This document shows, one piece after another, positions 38,054 through 49,071 of a stretch of DNA of 59,960 bases. The stretch's first letter is position 1. Each line of letters begins with the position of its first letter. The notes under the pieces are model-generated. The model was not told the origin of the DNA. It was given only the letters and a program-made list of their open reading frames with translations, and did not search any database. The DNA is taken from the NCBI RefSeq assembly GCF_000315625.1, contig NW_005434652.1, forward strand, positions 569,263 through 629,222, read 5' to 3'. This stretch comes from Guillardia theta CCMP2712. Its lineage: Eukaryota > Protista > Cryptophyta. A program made the position numbers and the translations under genes.

Positions 38054-38950
38054 ATGACACGTTGCCATGGGGCGGTGCGAATGTGTCAAGTCTTGGTTCT
38101 CAGCATTCTAGCAAGCGAAGCAACAGCATTTCTTATCTCACCTCTCGGTTATATGCAAATTAATCGTTTACAAAGCCCTCAATCATTCGCACACAAACCA
38201 GCTCTGCTCTGGACCAAAAAACGCACACGAACTAATGGGCTTCAGTTACGAATGGAACATATTGGAAGGAGATATTTCCTCTGGAGATTTGCTGAATGGG
38301 CTTTTGAGAAAGTTATGGTGTTTGCACAGGTATAAAATTCTTCTGCAATTTGTGAGGATGATTTGATGGAAAAAATTCACAGATATCTATAACCTTGGTA
38401 TACAATTTCATTAAGAGATTCCAAAATTCAGCACAGATTGATAGAAGGATGTATGATCTACGATATCCAACATACAAATCAGTCAAGGCAGCTTCAGGTA
38501 CAGACAAAGCTCACCTTGCCTCCAGAGCAGAATCATCTCCTCAAATGACACCAAAAGCCTCTGCACCAAGCTTGGTAATTCCCTCGATTTCGGTTCCATG
38601 CATGATTTCGATCTCATATTCGTTCAAGGCAGGAGTTGAACACTCAACCAATCAAGGGAAAACTATCCTTTCATTTGGTGTGTAAGTCAATTTCGCTTCA
38701 TGGGATACTAATTCAACCAATCAACAGTTTTGTTGATATTTCCAATCGTCACAATGTTTGCGTCTATGTTGGTCGAGGAAAGGAACATCCATGTCTACGC
38801 ACAATCGATATCGTGGCTGTGCTTATGCGTGAGAAACTCTTAACTCGATTCTTCTCGTGAGGGTTCTGACATTTACCTCGTCTTTAGCTTTTATTCGTCG
38901 ATTTTGCTTCTGGTTCATCCAGCGGACTGACAATCTTTGTGCGAAAGAGG
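38054..38950 (+). CDS. Small putative plastid-targeted membrane protein, multi-exon; 3' end uncertain
   Basis: Signal peptide VLVLSILASEATA|FL followed by a transit-like region to LRM. Spliced exons ISITLVYNFIKRF.. and hydrophobic ILSFGVLLIFPIVTMFASML. Confidence 0.55.
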
Positions 38951-39370
38951 TTGCCAATGTCTGTAAGACGCCTGCTGGCGTTTCCTAGGTACACGAAAGC
39001 GGTGAATGTACTGAGATTAAGTTTTGTTTAATTGCAGGCCGTGGATTTATGAAAACAAACTTGGAGTAAGTTTCCACTCTGAATGTTTGATTTGATTCGA
39101 TTAACTTTAATGCAGTCGAAGAAGAAATATCTATCTCGAACTGAATTGTAGAACATTTGCTGTCACGGTATCTCCTTTGCATCATCGCAGATTGAAGATA
39201 CGCCAGAGTCTGACTTATCCGGTACGGGGGTTCAGAATATCGAGCCTCGTGTTCAATGAAGACCGTTCAACTGACTGAAGGTTTCTGATCCCGGTTGCGC
39301 CCTGGCTCTCAGGACTCCTCACTTGCCCACGTAAAATCAGACGTCAAATATGTCTGACATTACACAGATA

Positions 39371-39535
39371 TTACAGACAGACATCTGTACCTCATTTACA
39401 GACAGACATCTGTACTTCATTTACAGACGGACATCTGTACTTCATTTACAGACAGACATGTGTACTTCACTTACAGACAGACATCTGTACTTCACTTACA
39501 GACAGACATCTGTACTTCATTTACAGACAGACATG
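39371..39535 (+). repeat. 25-bp minisatellite TTACAGACAGACATCTGTACTTCAT x ~6.5
   Basis: Six full units from 39371 plus a partial unit, with few substitutions. Confidence 0.92.
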
Positions 39536-39906
39536 TGACAGTGTACTTCATAGCTGACTTCATAGACTTTTTAGTGCTGCTGTATGAGGGGGATGATACA
39601 TATGTGAAAGGTCATCCATCCACCCTACCTTTGTCCATCCACCCCCACCCACCCTACTTCACTTTTGAGTACCCTACCCAGTCAAATACACCCGGCCATA
39701 TAGACATTTAGCGGGTATTGTGGTCTACCCCACCCCCTACAGACAACAGAAGTACGGTGGGGCGGTAACTTTGCCATGACTCCTCTGCATCCTCTTAGGA
39801 GCTTCAATTTCCCTCCTCTTACCGTACCTGCACCATCTTGGCTGGGGGATGAAGGACGATATTGCGGCGTATCCAAGACCACTCTACCCTCTCTGCCCTG
39901 CTCTGA

Positions 39907-40012
<106 letters not shown>

Positions 40013-40349
40013 GCGCTTTGTTGCGTTNNNNNNNNNNNNNNNNNNNNNNNNNNNNNNNNNNNNNNNNNNNNNNNNNNNNNNNNNNNNNNNNNNNNNNNNN
40101 NNNNNNNNNNNNNNNNNNNNNNNNNNNAAAAACACCGGACAATATGGATGTCTAGCGGGTGTTGTGGTGTACCCCACCCCCTACAGACAACAGAAGTAGG
40201 GGGGGGGGGGATATTACCCTGGTCTCCTTTGAATCTTTAAGAGAGATTCATTTACCCTCTTCTTCCGGTACCGGCACCATTTTGGGGGGGGGAAGAAGGA
40301 AGATATTGAGGGGGATCAAGACCCAATCTCCCCTTTTTCCCCGGCTCCA

Positions 40350-40388
<39 letters not shown>

Positions 40389-40786
40389 AATCTCTCTCTC
40401 TCTCACTCTCTTTCTCTCGCTCTTTTCCTCTCTCTTTTTCCTCCGCCCCTCCCTCCCCTCCCCTCCCTCCCTCCCTCCCTCCCTCCCTCCCTCCCTCCCT
40501 CCCTTTCCCTTTCCCTCCCTTTCCCTTCCCCCCCGCCCCCCCCCCCCCTCTAACAATCTCTCTAACAATCTCTCCTTCTCCCCACCTTCACTAGCTTTCG
40601 TTGTTCCCAAGGATGTTTGGTAATTAGGACATCAGCCAAGGATGAATTTATTAAGTAGCTTGAGATGGATGGAGGGAAAGTCAAGTGTGGTGTGGAATGG
40701 TCACTAGTTCTTCTAGTTCTTGGGCAAACCAGCTGACACTGTTGTCACAGGTTTATGCACTTGAGGGTAACTTCGACCTGTAAAGA

Positions 40787-43700
40787 ATGACTGGCCTGCC
40801 TGATACAGGCAACTCGAGCTGTCTTGGAATATGCTTGAGAGATTCGAACGATAATGTCATTGTCGATGCTGTGGATCATGCTAGCCCGAATGCGACAGCC
40901 ATCCAAACAGGGGATGTCATTTTGAGTGTCAACGGAGTTGATGTTCAGGGACAGCGATTGCAATCGATCAAACCTCTGCTCAAGGGTCCAGTAGGTACAA
41001 CCGTTCAATTGGTAGTGTTGAGGAGAAATTTTCAGCAGATTTCAACATCGCTCGTCCGTCATCCGCAACTGCCCGTTGCTTCTGATACAAGTTCTGCTCC
41101 TGAACACAAGCTGATCACGTGGGATAGAGAGCATGCCAGTCAGAAGATGAAGGCTGTTCCCTTCAGTGAGATCGGCACAGCAGATGGATGCTTAGATGTT
41201 ACCATTGTCGATCTGGAGAATTTACCGGTCGCTTACGAAGTGGGCTGGTCTCTTACCGGGACCTTCGGTGGAACCTTATGCAACCCATATGTTGAATGCT
41301 CCGTTGGAAATTTCAAGCTACAAACTTCGACGATTTGTAATAAGCTGAGTTCTGGTGTAAATCAAACGCTGCGTATTCCAGTCACTGGTATATTTCCCTT
41401 GATTGTATGTGTCAAGAATAAGGAAACCACTTTGATTGGAGATGGTCAAATTGTTGGACAACTCTCTTTCCCAATGCAACAAATTGCTAGAAGAGGCTTT
41501 CATCAATCAGCACGTTTTAGACTACTTGTTGCTGATGAAGTCAATGAGAGGATTCCAACTCTGCGGGACCTCCCGAAAGGAGAGAGTGTGACTGGCTTGA
41601 AAGGTCGGCCTTCCACCATACAAATAGTTCTCTCTTACCATGGTCAGCCATATGAACAACTTCAGCTGGCTGCTAATCTGAAAGAACAGTACAAAGCCGC
41701 CATGAAGGAGCACGAAAATCTTTTGCAAAAGCACAAAAATTTGGAAAAAGAAAAGAAGCTTCTTGAAGAGGAAGAACAGAAACTCATAAAGCAAGATCGT
41801 GACGAGGACGAGAAGTTGCGCAAAGCAATCATAAAAAAGACCGAGAAAGAAACTGAGTTGAGAGCGAGAATTATTGACTCGCAGCAGAAACGAGCGGAGA
41901 GGGAGCGTGAAAAGTGGATTGAAGAAGCCAAGAGGCAGCAGGAGGCACTGGAAGCACAGGCAAGAAAGATGCCGGAGGTTACTCAAGTAAAACCAGCAAA
42001 GGAACCAGACCCAGTTGTGCCATCCACATGGAAGGAACTGCCTCAAATTGTGCACAAGGAAGAAGTCAAACCACAGGTTGTTCCAGAAATCAAAGAGGAG
42101 GAAAAACCAGAGCCTATCAAGGTCGCTTTGCAGAAGCCAGTCTCACGACAAGTCCCTGTCGTCGAGGAAACTTTGCCGGAAACTCCTGGCAACGAACCTC
42201 ATGCAAGCTTGCCACCTGAGCCTGTCCTGCCGGTCGAAGAGGGACCTCCAGCCCCATCTAAAGATGTTCTACGCAGTGCTGTTGTTCGTCGAGAAGAGCT
42301 CAACAAAGCCATGTCCGGCTCGCAGAACCCAGGCGACAAGTTTGAGATCGAGTTTCTTCCAGACGCTGTTGCTTCTCTTCGTGCACTTGCAGCCGCTGGA
42401 TATGAGATTGTGTTCATCTCCTCTGCCGTTCCATGGGTCGCGGACAAGATCCTCAAGTTTTTGATCGCGTCTGATCTTGTTGGGCCCAAGAACCCTGTGC
42501 AGGAGAGCAATGTCCTCTTCTGTCTTGAAGCCCAGGAGAAAGCTGAGATCATGAACCGGATGGGCGGCTTTGTTGCCGCGATGGATCGTTCTTGGAGCAG
42601 CTGCTCGACCATGAGCGAAGAGATAGAAGGAGTGAACTGCTTTCTGTTCTCCCCAGACGCAGAGAATGAGAGGTTGTTTTCCAATGGATACCTGAGCTGG
42701 CGCACAAAACGCGTTGAAATGCATGCACATGTGCAGCAACTTGGTTCATTGCAGAGACGAATCAATTCTAACCCTTCAGATGAAACGCTCTTCAAAGATG
42801 ACATTCTGCTTCTTTTGAACAAAATCAAAAACATGTACCATCTACAGCAGGGAAAGATTCTGGTAGTTCCTCACGAGAAGAGTCACTCTGCGTCGCTCCA
42901 GACACGCCAGGTGAACGATGAAACAGTTGGTCGCCCCTGGTTGCAAGCGTGCGAGTCGCTTGGCGTCTCAAGCTCAATGGTGCGATCGTATGAGTTCGTT
43001 CCGGGAGGAGAGAAGAAACAGAGCGTGAAAGGACAGACTGGCTTCTACCCTCTCGCGGCTTCTGCTGATCAGGAAACTGTCAACCTTCTGAAAGGCAATT
43101 CAACGCCACAAGGCTGGGAGGCGGTCAAAGACAAGAAGTCGGGGGTCTGGTTCTACGTCAACCACAAGTCTAAGACTTCCACCTGGCTCGTTCCTGTTCA
43201 CAACGCCTCGGACAGCCGGGCTGCAGAATGGAGCCAGAAAGCGATCCGCACTGACTTGTTTCAAGGCATCAAGGTCGACGTCGGCCTTACTCTCCGTAAA
43301 AGTAGCGATGGAAAGTACCGTGTGTCGTTGATGGAGGAACATGGGCCTGCCCACCGGAGTGGGTTAGTTCAGATTGATGACGCTGTGATAACCATCGATG
43401 GAAGAGAGATATCATCGGCAAGCCAAGAAGAAGTCAGCAACATGCTTGTCGGTGATTTGAACAGCGGAGTAGTCTTAGGGTTGGAGAGAGGCAGCAAGAC
43501 GAGTCTGCCTATCTCCAACGCAGAAGACTGGGTCGCTCTGGTCTCAGAGGGTGTTCCTGATCCTGTCGAGCCCAAGAGGTACTTCCTCTATCGCAATCGA
43601 AAGCTCACAGTGCCGGAGGAGGACGATTCAGGAATCTTCACCGTGAGAGACGCGGTGACTGGAGTCTTCGTCTACTCCGGGCCCGGGCGATACGAAGGTG

Positions 43701-45679
43701 TTTGGCCTCTGCTGTGCAAGGAAGGTAAGCCGGTTGCTGGACGAACAGACGTATTCGAATGGCGCGGAAAGATCGTGCAGCAGCCAACATTCAATCAAGC
43801 GGGAATCGCGACAGTCTTGGACTACAAGACAAAGGAGGTTGTCTATCGTGGTCCGGGGGACATGTTTGTACCACATCATCCTGGAAACAATCCTGGAGTT
43901 AGCTTCTTTGTCTACCTCCAGCGTTCCCCTCCATCAAAGCGAGGCAGAGTCATGATCGACCTGGCCAGAATCGTTCTACGAATGTTTTCCTCAGACATGA
44001 ACAAGTCGCAAGATCCAGCTGGAGTCAAGCTGGTGCTCAACTATGATTATGACAAAATGCAGTCTCGCAGAGAGTTGCTGCAGCAACAGATCCGATATGA
44101 CGTAGCGGAGGCTCTGAATGTGGACCACGAGCAAATCTCTGTTCCGTTTCTGCAGAAGGGAAGCGTGATTGCTCGCTTCAACATCTTGCGCAGTGCTCAC
44201 TCCAACGGAGGAATCAGTCCAGCGGCTTTGGCAGATATTTTGGTCCGGCAGTCAAAGGACCCCAGATCAAGGCTGCGCTGCATGCCGACCACTCGTCGCA
44301 TTGCGGACGCGAAGGTGGAAGGAGCAGCAATCCAGGACTCCAAGGCGATGCCGACGAGAGGTGGGGAGCTCGAGGACGGCGCTCACTTGGAAGAGCCTTA
44401 CCTGGAGGTTTACCTGCTTTCTGCTCGAAACCTCCCCTACCTGGAATCGATCAGGTTTCCCGATGCTGTTGTCGAAGTGTCGATGGGCAGTCAGTGCAAG
44501 TACACGAAAGTCTTCAAGGACTCCAAGGCTCCTAACTTCAATCAGGTGTTTCGATTTCCCATGGGAGACAACCAGCAGATCAAGTTACGAGTGTTCGATT
44601 TTGCTGGCCTGATGGACGGTCAACATCTGGGGGAGATCGTGATCAACTTGTCACAGCTGTTCGCATCCGAGCAGCAAGTTCTGGACGGCTGGTTTGACAT
44701 GCAGGACATGAAGAGTCGCCTGTACCTCGATGGAAAGGCAGAAAGTGCTGCCTTGTACCTCAAGATTGCTCATGTCACCCGCTCAGGCCACCAAATGAGG
44801 TCGAGCAACAGCATGAACTCCAAGCCCGTCCCGAGGATGAGGCCGATCTCAGACGACCATCCCTTCTTTCCCGCTCCTGCTCAGGTTTCGAGTCAACGAT
44901 TTTTCACTGCAGAGACGCCGAGTGCTGTAGTTCAGACGCCAGTCGTCAATGTGCCACGTCCTGCCCCGAGTGCTCCGGCGACGAAGGAGCCGATGGCCAA
45001 GTTGGTTGTCTTCATCTTTGGAGCTTCGGGACTGCCACCAGAGGGAAGGCAGTACCAGGTAGAAGCACGATTCTTGAACGAAACCAAGAAGACGCTCAGC
45101 AAGTCTGGTTCCTCCGTTGTCACCTTCAACGAACTTTTGCAGTTGGACGTTTGGTCAGAGTCGGACTCAAGTAGCACGCTCGAGCTGCGCTTGTTGGAGA
45201 TTCCCGACAAACTCGTCGGAAGGACGAAGTTTGCCGTTCCTTTTCTCATCTCCTGCGCGCAGAAAGGTGAGAAGACGGAAGCTTCCTTCAAGCTGCAGGA
45301 CGAGACTGGCAACGAGGCCGTAGGAGGCAAGCGGTCGACAGCATTGAAGATGAAGTTGCAGTACTTGCGACCTGGCGAGAAGTTCGAAGTTCCAATCGAA
45401 GAGACCAGGGAGGAAGGCGTGATTGGCATCGACTGGGAGCCCGTGAACAAGACCAACAAGCTCAAGATCTACTCGCTGCCAGCAGGGAGTCCAGCAGCAG
45501 AGGCGGGCTTGAAAAAGGGAGATGTGCTCGCGGCTGTGAACGGGAAGGACGTGTCGCAACTTTCAATTCAGGATATAATCAAGCTGGTAAAAGGCAAGGT
45601 GGGAGAGGAAGTTGAAATCACCGTCTCCCGCGAAGGGAGACTCGTCTCCGCCAAACTTATTCGCAAGGCTCTTTCTTAG
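40787..45679 (+). CDS. Multidomain scaffold: PDZ - C2 - coiled coil - degenerate HAD-like - WW - PDZ - SEA-like - C2 - C2 - PDZ (1630 aa; may have an extra 5' exon)
   Basis: PDZ: GDVILSVNGVDV..LKGPVGTTVQL; GPAHRSGLVQIDDAVITIDG; GSPAAEAGLKKGDVLAAVNG. WW: GWEAVKDKKSGVWFYVNHKSKTSTWLVP. C2: LEVYLLSARNLP..PDAVVEV..TKVFKDSKAPNFNQVF. Confidence 0.85.
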   Translation: MTGLPDTGNSSCLGICLRDSNDNVIVDAVDHASPNATAIQTGDVILSVNGVDVQGQRLQSIKPLLKGPVGTTVQLVVLRRNFQQISTSLVRHPQLPVASDTSSAPEHKLITWDREHASQKMKAVPFSEIGTADGCLDVTIVDLENLPVAYEVGWSLTGTFGGTLCNPYVECSVGNFKLQTSTICNKLSSGVNQTLRIPVTGIFPLIVCVKNKETTLIGDGQIVGQLSFPMQQIARRGFHQSARFRLLVADEVNERIPTLRDLPKGESVTGLKGRPSTIQIVLSYHGQPYEQLQLAANLKEQYKAAMKEHENLLQKHKNLEKEKKLLEEEEQKLIKQDRDEDEKLRKAIIKKTEKETELRARIIDSQQKRAEREREKWIEEAKRQQEALEAQARKMPEVTQVKPAKEPDPVVPSTWKELPQIVHKEEVKPQVVPEIKEEEKPEPIKVALQKPVSRQVPVVEETLPETPGNEPHASLPPEPVLPVEEGPPAPSKDVLRSAVVRREELNKAMSGSQNPGDKFEIEFLPDAVASLRALAAAGYEIVFISSAVPWVADKILKFLIASDLVGPKNPVQESNVLFCLEAQEKAEIMNRMGGFVAAMDRSWSSCSTMSEEIEGVNCFLFSPDAENERLFSNGYLSWRTKRVEMHAHVQQLGSLQRRINSNPSDETLFKDDILLLLNKIKNMYHLQQGKILVVPHEKSHSASLQTRQVNDETVGRPWLQACESLGVSSSMVRSYEFVPGGEKKQSVKGQTGFYPLAASADQETVNLLKGNSTPQGWEAVKDKKSGVWFYVNHKSKTSTWLVPVHNASDSRAAEWSQKAIRTDLFQGIKVDVGLTLRKSSDGKYRVSLMEEHGPAHRSGLVQIDDAVITIDGREISSASQEEVSNMLVGDLNSGVVLGLERGSKTSLPISNAEDWVALVSEGVPDPVEPKRYFLYRNRKLTVPEEDDSGIFTVRDAVTGVFVYSGPGRYEGVWPLLCKEGKPVAGRTDVFEWRGKIVQQPTFNQAGIATVLDYKTKEVVYRGPGDMFVPHHPGNNPGVSFFVYLQRSPPSKRGRVMIDLARIVLRMFSSDMNKSQDPAGVKLVLNYDYDKMQSRRELLQQQIRYDVAEALNVDHEQISVPFLQKGSVIARFNILRSAHSNGGISPAALADILVRQSKDPRSRLRCMPTTRRIADAKVEGAAIQDSKAMPTRGGELEDGAHLEEPYLEVYLLSARNLPYLESIRFPDAVVEVSMGSQCKYTKVFKDSKAPNFNQVFRFPMGDNQQIKLRVFDFAGLMDGQHLGEIVINLSQLFASEQQVLDGWFDMQDMKSRLYLDGKAESAALYLKIAHVTRSGHQMRSSNSMNSKPVPRMRPISDDHPFFPAPAQVSSQRFFTAETPSAVVQTPVVNVPRPAPSAPATKEPMAKLVVFIFGASGLPPEGRQYQVEARFLNETKKTLSKSGSSVVTFNELLQLDVWSESDSSSTLELRLLEIPDKLVGRTKFAVPFLISCAQKGEKTEASFKLQDETGNEAVGGKRSTALKMKLQYLRPGEKFEVPIEETREEGVIGIDWEPVNKTNKLKIYSLPAGSPAAEAGLKKGDVLAAVNGKDVSQLSIQDIIKLVKGKVGEEVEITVSREGRLVSAKLIRKALS

Positions 45680-45866
45680 GTGAGATGCTCTTGCTCCTGC
45701 ACGTGAATGACATGAACATGGTCGAGCAGGCGTACGGCACTAGCAGACTTACGACACTTAACTCTCAAGGAATGAAACTTCAGCTGGATTTAGACGTGTA
45801 AGCTTCGGCGACAAGAGCATCCCACCTGACATGCAAGTCAATCGCGCTGGGTCATGGAATGCGATT

Positions 45867-47085
45867 TCACTCGATTTGTCGTCGGCAGAGCGGGCAGGGC
45901 ATGCGTCGTTCCTGTAGTAGCTCATTAGCATGCGGATCAGAAGCAACGCACAGACCTTGAGCGACTGACAGCAGCAAGCATGGAAAACATGCCGGCACTA
46001 TCAGCACGAGTCATTCACTCCTCTTCTTCTTCTTATCCTTGCCTCAAGTTGTAGAACTGGCCACGCTATGGTCTCGGGAAAAGGCTCAAGGCAAAGAGCA
46101 CAAATTTCGTCGTCTTCGAGTACCTTGGCTGACGCTGAGAACATCCTGTCCTTGTCCTGCAGCGCTACTTCACCAGAGGTCATGTTGGGAAGTCATGTAG
46201 TGATGTTCACTGTCACCACCTTGACCTCCACCACAGTAAGCACGCACCTGCTCAGACACCAACTGACGGCGAACAAAGCGCTGCCGTCTGCCCGAGAGAT
46301 CCTTCTGCACCCCAACTCCGCTCTCGCTCATCTCGATGATCACCCGATGCACTCCGAGGACAACCTCCTGCGAGCTCTTCCCGGCCCTGAAAGCAGCTTC
46401 GATCGCCTCGTTGGTCTCTATCATGTAAATCCCCCATGCACTTTCCGGCGCGTGAGTCACGTGAACTCCTTGGAGCTCCTCCTCGTTCTGTTTGCACCAC
46501 TGCCAAACAGGCACGAAGTCTTTCCGCTGATTCGAGCCGACATTGATCAAGAACTCTTGCTTGATTTCCATGGATACACGCTTCATGCTCTTATCTTCCT
46601 CGACGAGTCTCCATTCTCCATTAGCAAGACCATTATGTGTCGCAGCATGTAAGATGACCGACGTCTGCGATGGTTCGATCTCCATTCTTCTCACTTGCCG
46701 GTAACCACTGATCTTGACTCCAAAGCGAGGACCATGGTCGATCTGCGGCGTCGTCTGGAAGTGCTTGCCATCTTTGGGCGAGAAGTGGATGGTAGCTGCA
46801 AATCTATCATTTCAACCTCAGCTCGACAACAGGCACCGTGGTGGAACGATGATCCCAGCGCGATCCGCTCTTGCTGACCCTGTTCTGGCTCAAGCTTCTC
46901 GTGAGCGCTTTCAATCTGAGGAACATGATCAGCGTGTCGAATCAAGTGCATTGGATTCTACCTGTTGGTTGATCGGGGGTGGATACGGCACGAGTGTCGC
47001 GTTCACCTAGGGCAACCAGTAAGCAAGTGAAGGGGAATGAATTCACTGACCGGATCCAGGGAGAGCCAAAGGATCCTTCTTCCTA
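45867..47085 (-). CDS. Tandem-WWE + RING-H2 E3 ubiquitin ligase (Deltex-like, no DTC domain), multi-exon; start uncertain (possibly up to ~47311)
   Basis: WWE1 by splicing: ILWLSLDPVNATLVPYPPPINQQIESAHE..FQTT..GYRQVRR. WWE2: VWQWC..WGIYMIETNEAIEAAF..QKDLSGRRQRFVRR. RING: CALCLEPF..CRHVFHACC..CPLCRRQIE*. Confidence 0.8.
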
Positions 47086-47534
47086 TGTGCAAACGAGCGT
47101 AAAACACTAATAATGTACGCCAGCTCAACAAGAAAACACCAACAAAAACTTCATTTTTTCTGATTCTCTCGCACCTCAAATCCTGGTTTCCCTTTCCTTG
47201 TGGTGACTTCAGATTGCAATGTGATTGTGTGTGTCTCTCCATCAACTTATCTAACTTTATACCACTATTCCTTGCCTTTCTCACTTCCATTGCCATAATC
47301 CTTGATGACATTCAATCTATCCTGCCTTCGCTTCTATTTGTCTCTCCCTTCCTGTTTCCTCTCTCTTGCCCTCCCAACCGGCTGTTCTACTCCCTCTTCT
47401 CTCTCTCCTTCCCCTCCTTACCTCTCCTTCCTGTTCGCGCTACTCCTCTTCCTTCTCTCTCCTTGTTTGTACCTGCATCTGACGACGCCATTCTTGTCTT
47501 GAAACCTGTGAGCTGGATGTGAAACTTTGAGCAT

Positions 47535-47622
47535 AAACTTCCAGCAGAAGTTCCAAACTTCCAGCAGAAGTTCCAAACTTCCAGCAGAAGTTCCAAACTT
47601 CCAGCAGAAGTTCCAAACTTCC
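47535..47622 (+). repeat. 20-bp tandem repeat AAACTTCCAGCAGAAGTTCC x ~4.4
   Basis: Four perfect units plus 8 bp. Each unit contains the inverted pair AACTTC..GAAGTT. Confidence 0.95.
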
Positions 47623-48196
47623 CCGGGGCCCGGACACGGTGACTGGCAAACATGACTGGGGCGGGCCTGTTTCAATGGGAATTATTATATATAGAGAGGG
47701 TTCTAGTCAGCTCGTAGAAGGTCCTACTTCGGTCCTAGTCGATAATGTGAGATTATACAGAGGTCCTATACAATGTCATATACGCCTATCATTCCCTAGC
47801 ACCAAAGACGAAAGGTTTGTCTCCCTTACCTCTTCCGACCCCTACAACTTTGCCACCCCCACCCCTCAATCATTTGCTACCCTACCCTGCATATCCTTTA
47901 GGCTTCTCCACCCCTCAAACTGATGTACCCCTGTATGCCTATGAGAAAGATTCTTTGCATTGTACCACGGACACCTACCCCCAACCCCACCCCTTAAATA
48001 CTCAACGGTACTACTACCCTTGTAGTCCCTTGCTACCCTTCCTCAAAGGGTCTTCCGTCCATCTCTACCCCGTGTTACACACCACCCTACCCACCCCTTG
48101 AGTTCCGTAAGCTCCATTCCCTGAGTTCATCGCGCTCTCATACCGTAGGGAGTGCGATGCAATGATGCGTGTGAGCCATGCTGTTAAATACTGACT

Positions 48197-49071
48197 TCAT
48201 CATGGTAGTAGCCTCATCATGGTAGTAGCCTCATCATGGTACTAGCCTCATCATGGTAGTAGCCTCATCATGGTAGTAGCCTCATCATGGTACTAGCCTC
48301 ATCATGGTACTAGCCTCATCATGGTAGTAGCCTCATCATGGTAGTAGCCTCATCATGGTAGTAGCCTCATCATGGTAGTAGCCTCATCATGGTAGTAGCC
48401 TCATCATGGTAGTAGCCTCATCATGGTAGTAGCCTCATCATGGTAGTAGCCTCATCATGGTAGTAGCCTCATCATGGTAGTAGCCTCATCATGGTAGTAG
48501 CCTCATCATGGTAGTAGCCTCATCATGGTAGTAGCCTCATCATGGTAGTAGCCTCATCATGGTAGTAGCCTCATCATGGTAGTAGCCTCATCATGGTAGT
48601 AGCCTCATCATGGTAGTAGCCTCATCATGGTAGTAGCCTCATCATGGTAGTAGCCTCATCATGGTAGTAGCCTCATCATGGTAGTAGCCTCATCATGGTA
48701 GTAGCCTCATCATGGTAGTAGCCTCATCATGGTAGTAGCCTCATCATGGTAGTAGCCTCATCATGGTAGTAGCCTCATCATGGTAGTAGCCTCATCATGG
48801 TAGTAGCCTCATCATGGTAGTAGCCTCATCATGGTAGTAGCCTCATCATGGTAGTAGCCTCATCATGGTAGTAGCCTCATCATGGTAGTAGCCTCATCAT
48901 GGTAGTAGCCTCATCATGGTAGTAGCCTCATCATGGTAGTAGCCTCATCATGGTAGTAGCCTCATCATGGTAGTAGCCTCATCATGGTAGTAGCCTCATC
49001 ATGGTAGTAGCCTCATCATGGTAGTAGCCTCATCATGGTAGTAGCCTCATCATGGTAGTAGCCTCATCATG
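48197..49071 (+). repeat. 17-bp minisatellite TCATCATGGTAGTAGCC x ~51.5
   Basis: 875 bp of head-to-tail units, no spacers. Three early units carry a G>C variant (GTACTAGCC). Confidence 0.97.

Noticed and set aside
39185-39345. Possible structured ncRNA or snRNA
   Set aside because: No U1, U2, U4, U5, U6, tRNA or ribozyme signature recognised by eye; an Infernal/Rfam scan would be needed.
47535-47622. Heat-shock element array
   Set aside because: Spacing is GAA-G-TTC and TTC-CAGCA-GAA, not nGAAnnTTCn.
48197-49071. CRISPR array or interstitial telomere
   Set aside because: No spacers, no cas genes, eukaryotic context, and the unit does not resemble a TTAGGG/TTTAGGG-type telomere repeat.
48197-49071. 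Box C (ATGATGA) or hammerhead-like cores on the minus strand
   Set aside because: No box D (CTGA) or GAAA partner in the unit, and the hammerhead core needs CTGATGA.
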